A stretch of DNA of 63,890 nt, the filler included, from Squatina squatina (Eukaryota): the NCBI GenBank assembly GCA_031763465.1. It is 3 parts of 3 records of this genome, joined end to end, with 100 filler letters (N's around TTAATTAATTAA, not from the genome) between each part and the next. Parts side by side here need not be neighbours in the genome. Positions count along the whole stretch, not along the records: positions 41,418 to 63,890 come from JARFOE010000001.1; 2 more parts are not named here. One strand, given 5' to 3'. This document shows, piece after piece, positions 48,590-61,354 of the stretch (its first letter is position 1; every line of letters begins with the position of its first letter). Made by a program: the position numbers and the translations under genes. The notes beneath the pieces were generated by a model that was given only the letters and a program-made list of their open reading frames with translations, searched no databases and was not told the DNA's origin.

Positions 48590-49164
48590 CTTATGGTCTT
48601 ATGGTCCCCGGTCGCCAGGCTTTCCCCCAGGACCCGCGCGTAGTCGTCCCCCAGGATATCGCAGAACGCCCTGTGGAACTCTACGGCCAGCCCGGGGGAC
48701 CTGCCCCTCGAGAGCTGGTGGAGGGCCCTGGTCAGCTCCGCCAAAGAGAACGGAGCATCCAGCTTTTCGGCATCCTCCGGGTTAACCTGCGACAGATCCT
48801 CCCACAAAACTCTATGTGCATCCTCGCTGGATGGATCTGGAGAGAACAGAGCCTTGTAATAGTCGTGGACACAGGCAATGATTCTCTCTGGACCCGAGAC
48901 GANNNNNNNNNNAGAGATCCGTCCTTGGCCAGCAGCCTCAAGAGCTGCTTACGGACCCCTTGTCTTTTTTCCAGCAAGTAGAAGAAGGGGGAGCCTTGAT
49001 CCAGGTCCCAAAGGAACTGGATCGGCGACCTCACATATGCACCTCAGGACCCGACGAGCTGCAGTTCCCGCAGCGCGCCCATCTTCTCTTCGTACGCCTG
49101 CTGCAGGGCCGGGTCTTCGAAGACTTGACCGAGGCGGGACTCCATTTTGAGCAGCTCCTTCTCC
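48590..49164 (-). mobile_element. Tx1-clade (L1-like) LINE ORF2 fragment
   Basis: SPFFYLLEKRQGVRKQL and WEDLSQVNPEDAEKLDAPFSLAELTRALHQLSRGRSPGL.AVEFHRAFCDILGDDYARVL, from the endonuclease-RT linker; GC-rich. Confidence 0.8.
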
Positions 49165-50579
49165 NNNNNNNNNNNNNNNNNNNNNNNNNNNNNNNNNNNN
49201 NNNNNNNNNNNNNNNNNNNNNNNNNNNNNNNNNNNNNNNNNNNNNNNNNNNNNNNNNNNNNNNNGCTGTGCGAGGTTAAAAGAGGGTGTAGACTAGAACA
49301 TAGAGCTCCAAAATGGCAGCTTTGGCATCAAATCAGCACACTGATTGATGTCATGATTTGCCTGCTCTGCATGCTGCCGGCAGTTGTTAGGTGTGTGCAC
49401 GCAAACTCCTTTATAACTATGGCATCTGACGCACTTCCTGTCAGAAGTGTACACACGCGTAACGGACGCCATTTTGGTAATATAAGAAGCTTTGCCCCCA
49501 GTATTTTTCCTCATCCTAACTTCACTTTTTTTTTTAACAAGAACAAATGAGCTTAGTTGTGAAAGCAAACAAAGCCTCTCATATCTTCTGTCCATTGCAT
49601 GTGTTCTGATGTAGGAAGAGGGGAGGCAAAGATAAGCTATAAATGGTGGAAAAAGATGAAACTGGAGGAGAAAGGAAAAACGGAAAAAAATTAAAGAGGG
49701 CAAGAAGAGACAGAGGTTAAGGTGGAAGGCTGAGAATTGGAGATTGTGGAACACAGGAGAAGGCTGAGAGTAGTGAAGAGGAGAAATGCGGGAACGGAGA
49801 AGGTCATGAATCGCCACAAAGAGGGGATTTCAGAACATTGGAGAAGCTAACAAACAGGCTGAGCAGAGGAAAAGATTGAAGTGGAAGAGATAAGCGAAGA
49901 GCTTAAGGGGCAGAGGAGAAAGCTGCAAATGGCCCAGTAATGGAGATAGTGCAGCACAAGAGAAGGCCGTGAGTAGCTGAGAAATGGCTACTGAGGTGAC
50001 AGAGGAGGGAGGTATAGAGGTCGGGTGGGCAACAAATGTTGTAGATAATGTTCGGGTTTGGCACAAATGGCAGAAAAGAAGTGGGGAGTCAGGCAGCAGT
50101 GGGAAGGTGAGGCTAGAGTTTGTGCGGAGGGAGGGACACAGAATGAGTATCAGGGATGGCGGTGGAGTGAAGTCCACTTGTGGACAAGATGGGAGGATCT
50201 GTGGGGCCAGCAGAGGGCAGTAATGCAGTGCAGGAACAGGAGTGAAGCTCATGAGCCAGGAACAGCAGAGACCACAAAGCACAGCAGCAACCATACTAGC
50301 AGAGCTCAAAATGATCCTATCCTACACCCCAGCAATGAGTTTGTCTCCTTTCTCTCTTGTTCCCCCATCTCAGCATGGTCTGTCCAACAGGGATTCTCTC
50401 CCTCTATCCCCACACAGAGTATCCCTTCCTTTCTCTTCTCTCTTAATTCATTTTTTCTCTTCCCTCCCCATCTCTCCCACTACATACCACAAGACCACCT
50501 TTCTCCCACCCACTCACTGAAGTTCTCACTCCCTTTCTTCTCTGCCCTTTTCCCAGGCACCAATGCAGCTGAAATATAT

Positions 50580-51040
50580 TTGGGTGTTTATTGATCAGGG
50601 TTGGCCTCCAGGGGCATATTGGGGCTGTCACATAAGTGTCATCATGTAAGTGGCATTTAGGACTCATATTGTATTTCCCTATGTTGTTTACGCCAACATA
50701 GACAATCATTGTTATCCCTTCCTGTTCCCTTCAATATCCTTTCTATCCTTCATATGTACTGCTCTAGCTCCACCCTGTGGGTATTGTCTTGACAACACAC
50801 ATGCCTATCTACTTTCTGAAGAAATAGCCCCTGATCTCACTGTGTCTTGCAGATTGCACCTTTCTCTGATTCTTCTGAGGCCTTGTATCCTTTTGCATTA
50901 TTGGATAGTGCCTGGAATCTGTTAGTTAATGTAATGCCTTGAGCAGCTGCCTGGGCTTCCTTACATTTTTTTACTATATTTACCAAACTTAATTCATCCA
51001 ATATTCTGGTTATTTTGGTTTCCTTCAATACTTGCCTCCA
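50580..51040 (-). mobile_element. Highly decayed CR1 ORF1 (esterase) relic
   Basis: Minus strand ITLTNRFQAL and IVYVGVNNIG (SGNH block III-like, cf. VVHVGTNDIG). Confidence 0.45.
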
Positions 51041-52129
51041 TTTGATGCCAACGATGTCCTAGTTGTACCGTTTTCTACCTTCAATCCCTAATGGTTCAAC
51101 CTCAAGGTCCGACCCTACACCAACCCTGTCACTGACCTGTGATGACAAACTTCTCTTTTATCTTTTACTATTTCCAAGCTTGATGATAGCTCCCTTGGGT
51201 TCTAAATGGGGCTGTAGTAGGGGTTTTGGGTGGGGGCAGAATCCATATTACCTAAAGCTAAACCATGATTTCTCCCCCAGTATCTTTCAATACCATGACT
51301 GACATCAATTTGTGCTTTTGGTAAAAATAAAATGTTTCAAAATTATAGATGAACAGAAGTCCTACATCAAATCTATAAAAAGTCAAATATTGTATAACAC
51401 TTCTTACATTTGCACAAAGTAATGTTCAGGGTCTGAGAGTGTAACAGAAGAATTCTGTCGGGTAATTTGAAAAGTGATATTGGATTACTTTACAGAATCT
51501 TCTAATTATTGTGTTTCACCAAGGGAACTGTCTGTCTCTTTGGTGTCATGCAATTATTTCTCTTGTGCACAAAAGTGTGAATCATTGCACTCAGATTAGC
51601 AACTGCTGTCCTGTGTCATTACTCAAGAATGATTAGAAATGTCTGTCAAAAACGATTGCATTCTGAATTCAGAAATTGATTCCAGTAATTATTTCCCCAG
51701 CCTAAACAGATTTCATGAAGAATAGGTCCACCATGTGATAACATAAAGAAATACTCTTAGGGTTTCCCTGTCTTATTAAGAATAATTGCACATCTAGAAT
51801 TATTTTACAATTAGATTACACAAAGGCCTTTGATAATTTGAATTTTTCAAGAAATGTTTACAAGAATTGAACTTTGGAGAATCTTCCATTCACTGAAACT
51901 AAGCAACCTCCAAAAGAGTGCATGTTCCGTTATTAATAATGGATTCACTATTTCCTAGTTCACACCAGGCAGAGGAGTCAAGTCAGGGTTCCTAATTCAC
52001 CAGATCTGTTTATTCTATCATATTTTAGAGATTGTAAGACGATTGATTGAAAGATACAAAGGGCAACTGTCTCTGTTGTTGTTTCATTTTTGTACCTTGG
52101 GGTCCTGGTGATTTTATAAATTATTTGTT

Positions 52130-52297
52130 CTGGGATGTGGACGTCGCTGGCAAAGCCAGCTTTTATTGCCCATCCCTAATTGCCCTTGAGAAGGTGGTAG
52201 TGAGCCGCTTTCTTGAACCGCTGCAGTCCATGTGGTGAAGGTACTTCCAAAGTGCTGTTAGGAAGGGAGTTCCAGGATTTTGACCCTGCGACTATGA
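52130..52297 (-). mobile_element. Elasmobranch-type LINE 3' end
   Basis: Minus strand SKSWNSLPNSTLEVPSPHGLQRFKKAAHYHLLKGN-stop, then GGATGGGCAATAAAAGCTGG tail. Confidence 0.75.
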
Positions 52298-52397
52298 NNN
52301 NNNNNNNNNNNNNNNNNNNNNNNNNNNNNNNNNNNNNNNNNNNNNNNNNNNNNNNNNNNNNNNNNNNNNNNNNNNNNNNNNNNNNNNNNNNNNNNNN

Positions 52398-52830
52398 CAC
52401 CGCAGCCACCAGAGTTAGTTGGGCAGGATCAAAAAACATGGGGGCCCTCGACCTTCTGGACGCAGCTGCCATAATTTTGCAGTCCCAAATGAAGCACTTG
52501 TACAAACAATAGCTCTGCAACCAGCAGCACTCTAGAAAATGACTGACCTAAGCAGTGCTTGGTTCTCAATAATGAGCCCCTTTAAGGGCTGAGGTGGCCG
52601 ACACATGATTGCAGCTCCTTAGATCGATTGGTAAATTAGACCGCTGAAACCAGTAAAGCTCAATTAGCACCTATCAGGCACCCAGTAGCGCTGATTTCTG
52701 GACGATTTTCTAAACTGGCCGGAATTATTTTTTAAAGAGCCCAATACCACGAAATAAGGGAGCAGCACAAAATGGGCGCAAAAAACACGCTTTTTGGTCC
52801 CCTTGCGCTTAAAACCAATTGGGCTCCCGT
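52398..52830 (-). mobile_element. Harbinger Myb/SANT gene start and element end
   Basis: MAAASRRSRAPMFFDPAQLTLVAAV running into the gap, with upstream CCCCTTTAAG like the other copies. Confidence 0.55.
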
Positions 52831-53855
52831 AATTCCTTGGAACATCTAAAAAAAAAATAGGAACACCAAGACCAGCTATAACCCATCTTGAAATAACTCC
52901 TTTGGCTATTGTTTTGGTATCATTTTGAGTTTATTGTCTTGCCTGCACCCTATTTTTAGTAATTTTCTTCAGAATTCTGTCCAGTATATTTAATGTGATT
53001 AATTGCCACCCTTACATTTAAAACATGGAAGTGTTGATGGATGGATTTGTATGTGTTCACACAGACTGCCTTAGCTAAGAGCTGTTAGTATGATGGAGCA
53101 TTCTCTTCCCAATGATAGCAGCTATGCCTAAAGCACTTGACTTTTTAAAAAAGAATAAACAAGGACATGCCAGTGCCCTTTCATGTGTTTAAGATGGAAA
53201 GCGCACAGTATAATAATAGACGGGCTGGTAATGTGATGTTCCTTGATCGATGACTTCAAGTGTCACTCCAGATAGTTCATTTATGTTTCCTCCCATGCAT
53301 GGGACTTATTTCAAACAATCACTTGTCATTCTTCAAGTCTGGTGCATGATTCCTGTAGAATGCAGTGCACAAATATTTACACTTCGCGATCTTAAATGTT
53401 AATTCAAATTAATTTAGCAGTGGCAGAGCACTTGTTTGAACAGTTTAAAGTTGACAATATTCTGATTTTACAGAAGACACAAATGAAAGTTGAACCCACT
53501 CTTGTCCAACTACCTATCGTTGAATGTCAGGGCAGTTTAAGAAATTCAAAATCAAACAATTCTCATAGTCACATCTTGACAAGTACAATATCTTACAATG
53601 TTGGAATATAAGTAACTTAAAACTTTTTATAAGGAATCAATTACAGAAAAAATAGGAAGTATGTGTCCTTAAATTGTCATCAATTTCAATTTAAGGAAAT
53701 TTAATACTGGAACTTCAATAAAACATTGCTTTACGTTAGTCAAGCAATGATGGAANNNNNNNNNNNNNNNNNNNNNNNNNNNNNNNNNNNNNNNNNNNNN
53801 NNNNNNNNNNNNNNNNNNNNNNNNNNNNNNNNNNNNNNNNNNNNNNNNNNNNNNN

Positions 53856-54600
53856 CAGATTACATGTGGATTTGGGTGATTAGCAGCGGTGGAGGGAGGA
53901 GCGGGGAGGTGAGGATGTGAGGGGAATGAGGGTAAGAGGATGTGCATTTAAATGGAGTGATCAGTGCTGATGACAGTGAAATGGGTGTGAGGAGCGCTGT
54001 GAATGGAGTATGATTGGCAAGATAGAGTGAGACGAGTGCACTGCAGGATGTAGGTGCATCTCTAACTTTGCTGACCTTTCTTAACCTGGTCAGGTCATTG
54101 AAGCCTTTGTGGCACTGTATCCATGACCTGACAGCAATGCTCCTGCTCCTGAGCTCCTGTGTCATCTCCAGCCATACCTTCTTTGTGGAAGCACCAAAAT
54201 TTTTCTTTCTGCTTTTGGGACAGAGAACTTCTCCTGGCCCTTTCTGCACCCAGTAGAACATCCAGTGAAGCATCCATGAACCTAGGGCCAGNNNNNNNNN
54301 NGCTCCTTGAAGTCATCTCTATCTTCTCTTTCTATTGCACAATCTTCTGGCCTCCAAAAATCCTCCTCCATTTCATCTCTGAATTTGGTCTTTAAGTAGT
54401 CAATGGGAAATCATGCCATGTGGGTCCATATCATGCCTGCTCACATGCAGTGGAGTTGCTAAACCTGGAAGTAACATGATAATGAGGTATCCCTTATAAT
54501 CGGCCAGGCCTACCCATCCCACGATTTTGCGTGTTCTTTACCCGCTATTGCCTGTACCCGCCCAATACATTGCTGTTTCCTGGTTAATATCAGGGCCTTT
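53856..54600 (-). mobile_element. Harbinger Myb/SANT exon 1 with intron and element end
   Basis: PRFMDASLDVLL / EVLCPKSRKKNFGASTKKVWLEMTQELRSRSIAVRSWIQCHKGFNDLTRLRK|gtcagc (frameshifted); terminal AATATCAGGGCC at ~54586-54597. Confidence 0.78.
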
Positions 54601-57600
54601 CACCTCCCTGATTGATTCTTGGCCATTTGTAAGATTTCAACTAAACAGCACCATACGTTCACAATCACTGTTTTTCGAACTTAAACATTCCTGAATAAGC
54701 TTTTTGTATTGACGAGCATTCAAGTGAATGCACTAAAAAGGTAAAAAAAAGCATCAACTGGAATATTAGACATACGAGTAAATAAACAGAATGATATTTA
54801 GAGGATCACAGAATAAATAGAGATGATAAATGAACCATAACTGAAAGGGCAAAATGTAACGGGCAATCATTGATATGTTTAGCACTTGGTTGCCTGAATT
54901 CATTACCCTTGATGGCTGTCAGAAGGGCAAAATTGCACAGAAACATGCAAACACAAAACAAATGTTAATTCTGTTGATAGAATCATGTTCCCCCCTCCTC
55001 ATCTGGTAATAGAGCAGGCAGGCTATTTTTTTCCATCCAATAATCAATGTCAATTAATGAATGCTTTTGTAGTACTGATGGAATAAAACCCAGCTCTGGA
55101 GGAGGCAGTTAGTGTAAGATAACTAAAAGGGAACAGAACATCGTAGCAAGTCATGTTTTTGGTCCTTATCTGTCAATCGTTTAGCCTGGTGCATTTCAAA
55201 GTTATTCTGCCTTTTTACAAAGAAATAATCCTTTTATTGAGCGGAACTGNNNNNNNNNNNNNNNNNNNNNNNNNNNNNNNNNNNNNNNNNNNNNNNNNNN
55301 NNNNNNNNNNNNNNNNNNNNNNNNNNNNNNNNNNNNNNNNNNNNNNNNNTGATGGATTTTTACCCTTGAGCCAATAAACCTTATCAGGCCATAATATGTC
55401 AGCTCCTCCAAAAGGTTTTATTTACCAGAAGACTTCAGCTAGAGATAAAAATAGGAAGTAGGAAAGCCTATTGTGTCATTTATTCATTAAGCTTGAGAAT
55501 AGAGTAGGTGCGGGCATGCATGAAATGATGTGGGCTCAGTGCTGGGAAAAAGAATGTTAAAAAATTAATTACCCTCTCTCAAGAAAATTCTGCGAGTTGA
55601 ATTTAAAATGGAAACAAAGATGATTCACAGGGGCAGACATTGTTACCTCTGATGCTATCCCCTATCTGAATTGTAAGGAAAATGGATACTTTGGACATTT
55701 GGCCTCGAAATTAGTCTGGGTCTGTAGACTCGGCACTGTCTAAGTGTGCCAAGTCTTCTGACCTCAGCATGCAGCCGAACCGAGAGGCCTAAGGATCAAT
55801 GGAAGTTGGTCCTCGGGCCTCATCAGCATTCTTGGTCTAAGCGCTGGTGCTGGTTGTGCTTCCATTGGCAGCTCGCCCAAGCAAAGAGATCAATATTGAT
55901 CTCACCAGCAGAGGCCCTCAGGTAAGACCCCGGAGGGTGGGGATTGGAGTGGGCTATCAGGGTGCAGGCGGGGCATGGTGGGAATGGGGTGGGGGATGAT
56001 CTCAACTCCTGTATTTTTAAACAACTTTTATTTTGCAATTTAGCTTTCGTTGGCAGCTGTGCAAGCCACTAAAGAATCCTGGCATGCCTAAAAGAAAAAT
56101 TATCCCTAACAGTGGGATCAACGCTTGCACAGATTGGACCCAGGCTGTCCCACTGCTAAATTAGTATGCTTTGCTCCTGTTTTACTCCCAAAATTACGCT
56201 GCAACACATATCAATTTCTACCCAATAGATACAACACNNNNNNNNNNNNNNNNNNNNNNNNNNNNNNNNNNNNNNNNNNNNNNNNNNNNNNNNNNNNNNN
56301 NNNNNNNNNNNNNNNNNNNNNNNNNNNNNNNNNNNNNATGCCACATGCTGACCCCACTCAGCAGAACGTGACCCTAACCGGCATGAAGGCCTCCTTGCCA
56401 GTGCTATTTAAAGGGATCATGTTAGCATGAGAGTCTTCAAGTGTCAGTTGGGTGCGATTGGGGGAACTGTAGGTTTTTCCTCATGGACAGACAATCTGAG
56501 ATGGGCGGAATGGCCTTCCTCAGCAGCATTCATCTTCTGATCTTGTGAATGCAGTGTAAACAATGTTCACATTATTCTTTTGTTATGGTTCAGTTCACTC
56601 ACCAGCCCAAAGCTGTGTTTTCTATGCATCAAAAAAATGATGGGAANNNNNNNNNNCTAATTGACATTATTCCCCCTGAACCATAGAGGAATTTTTTTTC
56701 TGATCTGCAACGATGAGTGTTTATTTTTACTCTGAAGTAAAAGGTCGAATAAAGATTATAATCAAGTGCTGCAAAACAGCTAGATATTTCTATGAAATTT
56801 AAACATGATCCTGGAGTGTGAATGTGTCTTTTGATGTATTTACAAGGAATATTTTCTCTGCGAAGCACTATAAGGCTGGAGTACTAAAATGGTACTGTGA
56901 TAAGTCAGCATTACATTTTTTGTTGTCACTGATAAACACCAGTGCTTTAAAATGCCACCAGAGCTTGTGTAATCATTCCAATCGATGTATTAATAAATGA
57001 GACAGCACCTTAATCAGGAACTTTAATGGTAATTTAATTCCCCACAAATGATTCCAATAAACACATGCAATGATTCTAATCAATATAAATGAGCTCACTG
57101 GCTCAAACCTTCTTCCATCGCACTTTCTTCATTTTCAGCTTTACTGCACATCTGGCTCATGCTGTTGTGGAATTCTCAATAATTGCTGCCAAATGGAAAT
57201 GTTTCATTCCTCAATATTTATATTCCCTCACCTTGATGTGAACAAATATTCAGTTTGAAAACTGAGAAAAAATGTATACCTGGAGAAAAACTGGGTCTGG
57301 CTGCAATATGTAGCATAATCATAAACACACTCTTTTTGAATGTAGTTACGATGATGAGAAATTAGAACCCACTTCCTTATTTGTGCCGATAAGCACCAAT
57401 TTCCCAGTTCTGTTTCCTGCATCTNNNNNNNNNNNNNNNNNNNNNNNNNNNNNNNNNNNNNNNNNNNNNNNNNNNNNNNNNNNNNNNNNNNNNNNNNNNN
57501 NNNNNNNNNNNNNNNNNNNNNNNNGAGATGCCGTTGGCATGATAACAGAAAGTAAAAATACAATGGAAAATGGATGATGCAACATTATGAAAAGATTCCA

Positions 57601-59729
57601 AAAGAGTAATTGCTTTCATTGTTTCAGTTTCACACACTATATAGTAACTTTTTAAATGCAACATATTCTTTCTAGATTGTGTGGCCACTGTGTCTATTTT
57701 TATGTGAGGTATGAAAGTGATCCTTCATGGGAGATATTTCAAGTGGTTTCACTGTGAGGTACCTTCACTCATGAAAATATAAATCGGTTTTTAAAGTTTC
57801 CTCAGATAATTTCCGTGACATTAGTGCTTCCTAGCTTTTGTGAGTATGGATTTGCTTTAGCCATAGGAACCATTGCAGATTAGGAAATAATATTATGTCA
57901 ATTGGAATGGAGATCAATAATTAAATAACAGTTTTTAAAAAAAAAGATTTGTTGGTTTTAATTGCCCACCAAAAAAAAAATCAAAATTGAGATTAATTAG
58001 TCTCTCAAATAATCATTATTTTTAATGAGCCTCATAACTGTATTGTGGCTTGGAGCATCTACTTCCTCAATGGAAATAATAAAAAATGCAGACATGTAAA
58101 GTTTGACAGCCCCATGTTAAATAAATCATCTTTTACTAAATTGGCATAGGTTTATAATCACAGTTTAGTAAAAAAAAAATTCACAGGCTTGCAATTTTTA
58201 ATGATGTTGCATTTAACATCTTTCCAATTTTAGCAGCTCTGAAAGGAAGAAAGCAAGAGAGAAACAAGTAAATCAAGAGTGTAACTTCAAACAAGTAAAG
58301 AAATGTGCTTCAAATGTAGCATAGTTCATGAAGGGATATTTTGTCTTCTTTAGGATCAACAGTTACAAGCAAATCAATGCTAGTGGTGAAGACGATCACT
58401 TGGTGTTTAAGACTCACATTATGCTAGATTTTACAAAGTTACCAGACTTTTTTTTAAAAAAAAGAAAGAAAATCTTCTTGTCAACCTTTCAGCTTGGACA
58501 ACATAAAAGTATCTTGGTAGATTCTATTCATGTTATCTGATGGTTTAACAATGCTGAGCTAGCAGCACAGAGATTGATTCCAATTTCACTTAACAAAGAA
58601 GACTGTAATGGCTTCAATTTCAAACAGCTGTTTGAGGTGGGTCAAATTCTGCCTGCTTGTACAGAAGAACCAGTAAGTAACCAGTTGGATAGATCAGCAT
58701 TAGACAGCTTAACACATAGAAGAATTCATCTTTCAGAGGGGCAAATATATCTGTACTTTGCCTCAGCTTCAGACAGACTGCTGAATAGGAGATCTCAGGC
58801 TGCAGTTTGACAGTGTTTTGATGGATTTCAATTTATTGGATATGGAGTTTCCCCTCAATGCCAAAACACTATTTGTAAAGTGTACTATTCAAGTCAGTAG
58901 TATACCCAATGAACAATGGAATGAGTGGCGTTGTNNNNNNNNNNNNNNNNNNNNNNNNNNNNNNNNNNNNNNNNNNNNNNNNNNNNNNNNNNNNNNNNNN
59001 NNNNNNNNNNNNNNNNNNNNNNNNNNNNNNNNNNACGTCTTTACAAACAAATATCTTTTAAAGTCTGTAAATTAATGAACTAATGAGACTCATAGATAAT
59101 GCCTGACTCTAAATCTAAATCTAAATGTTTCTGCATTTTAGAGGTGTTGTTCAATTATGAGTGCGAAAGTAAGTGAAATTTTAATGAAGTCAAATGATTT
59201 ACACTAATGAAAATAGATTCTATATTGTAAATAACGTGCAATAACATCAGGTGCATGAATTTTCCATTAAACTCATAGCAAATTATGCATTGTGTTTAAC
59301 ATTTAACAATTAATTGGTTGCTAACTCATGCAGCTCATATTTTATTTAGTTGCATTTCCCACCAAACTGCTCAGAATGTATTATATTAATGTTACATGCA
59401 TTATATCTATTATCCCGCTGATTCTATGATGTTTCACATTGAACCATCCCTGCAGGTTATTATTTTCTGTGCTCTGCTCAGGCCATCCTGCTCTCTCTTA
59501 AAGATATTATCAGTTTGCTCCATTACATGTGCATACGGCCCATTTGTCAGGCCTCTGCTCCTGGTTCAGTGCCTCACTGGACAGACATGTGGTTGCATAA
59601 TCGGGTGCAGAGATTTGCCTAACCAAATTTGTGGAGTGCCATATTTTCCCACAGGAAAACTTTTAACAACTTTTGAGGCCTTACTGCAGACATGTTTAAT
59701 TTTACCTCATTTTAGCTTCATTTTTGCAG

Positions 59730-59949
59730 TGAGGAAGAAGGACTCTAAGAGAGGTATGAACCATACATGGCTAACCAAGGAAGTTAAGGATAATATCAAA
59801 TTGAAAGAAAAGACACACAATGTGGCAAAGATTAGTGGTAGGCCTGAAGATTGCGAAAATTTCAGAAAACAGCAAAGGATGACCAAAAAAATAATAGAGG
59901 GAGAAAATGGACTATGAGAGTAAACTGGCAAGAAATATAAAAACTGACA
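59730..59949 (+). mobile_element. CR1 LINE ORF2 fragment
   Basis: HTWLTKEVKDNIKLKEKTHNVAKISGRPEDCENFRKQQRMTKKII..DYESKLARNIKTD. Confidence 0.85.
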
Positions 59950-61184
59950 NNNNNNNNNNNNNNNNNNNNNNNNNNNNNNNNNNNNNNNNNNNNNNNNNNN
60001 NNNNNNNNNNNNNNNNNNNNNNNNNNNNNNNNNNNNNNNNNNNNNNNNNAACTGAAGTCCCTCATCCCTGGAATCATTCTCTGTTGTGCAGTTGGTGCTG
60101 GAATGTCCCCAGTATCATGTATAGGAGCCATCCCTATGATATGAAGCAAGCACTAATTTAATGGAATTACAAATCATCTTTTTTATAAAGCCTCCATCAC
60201 ATCCATGAATAGTTTGACCTTTAACAGCAAAGTGTGTGTGGCTTTCAAATGCTTTTATAGTAGTGGAAGGAGCAGGAGGTACGTGAAGTGGAAGGACCAG
60301 GAGGTACTGAAATAGACTAAACCAGCACATGAGATAATGGACAATCTAAGATAAACACAGCGAATGGCAAGAAAGCTTCAGAAAACTATAGGTTGTTCGA
60401 TGGGAAAGTACTTCACCTGCTGAAAATACATCAAGACTAATGCATGTGCTGCTACTGATGTTGTAGCTTTGGATCTGTTTCTGTAATACAGCATTGCTGA
60501 ACTGTACTCAATGATTTGATCAGTCTTCTTTAATGAGTTACCACAGTTCTGCCCTTCAACATTTAATTTATTTCTCTCATTAAATTATCCTCTAGCTGGG
60601 ATCAATGATATAACAGCTCCTTTCAATGAATTACTCCCAAAGGGTGCTTAATAAATTAACCCAAGACATGCTTACTAATTTAGCAACTCTCCTCGGTAAT
60701 CCCTCCAAGAATGGTGCCCATTAAGTTACCCCCAAATTATGCTTAACAGCTTAAGTGGTTTTTATTCTCATACTTCTCCATTCCAGATACGCTTCTCATT
60801 ACTTCTTCCCATCCTTCTGAACTTGAATTTACTGTGCTGCTTCATTTTTCTTGCAGATTGGCCATCAAATGTTTGCTGTGCTCGACACATCTTCACAATT
60901 CCGAGGCACTTGGCGACATGCCAGACATGTACTGTTATCNNNNNNNNNNNNNNNNNNNNNNNNNNNNNNNNNNNNNNNNNNNNNNNNNNNNNNNNNNNNN
61001 NNNNNNNNNNNNNNNNNNNNNNNNNNNNNNNNNNNNNNNTCTGGTGTAACCATGTTTGAGGGTATAATTGTACAAAATATACACGCTGACGGAAATATCT
61101 TTTGTTCATTTTTAATGTGTCTAGTAACTCATGAGATTTCACTATAGAAACGTGCAAAATATTAAAGTTCATGACATTTCCAGA

Positions 61185-61354
61185 CTACCATATGTAGCCA
61201 CCTACATCATATTCATCATCATCATCTTCATCATCTTCATTGTCAACTTCATCTTCTTCTTCCTCATCATTGATATCTTCCTCATCGTCCTCATCATCTG
61301 ACCACTCATGGAAGTCACCACTGCCAAAGTCACCTGAAATCTCTACATCACCAC
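61185..61354 (-). CDS. SPOCK3: Testican-3 last coding exon (GAG attachment sites, acidic tail)
   Basis: ttttctag| acceptor; GDVEISGDFGSGDFHEWSDDEDDEEDINDEEEEDEVDNEDDEDDDDEYDVGGYIW-stop. EISGDF.SGDFHEW.DDEDD is SPOCK3-like. Confidence 0.9.
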
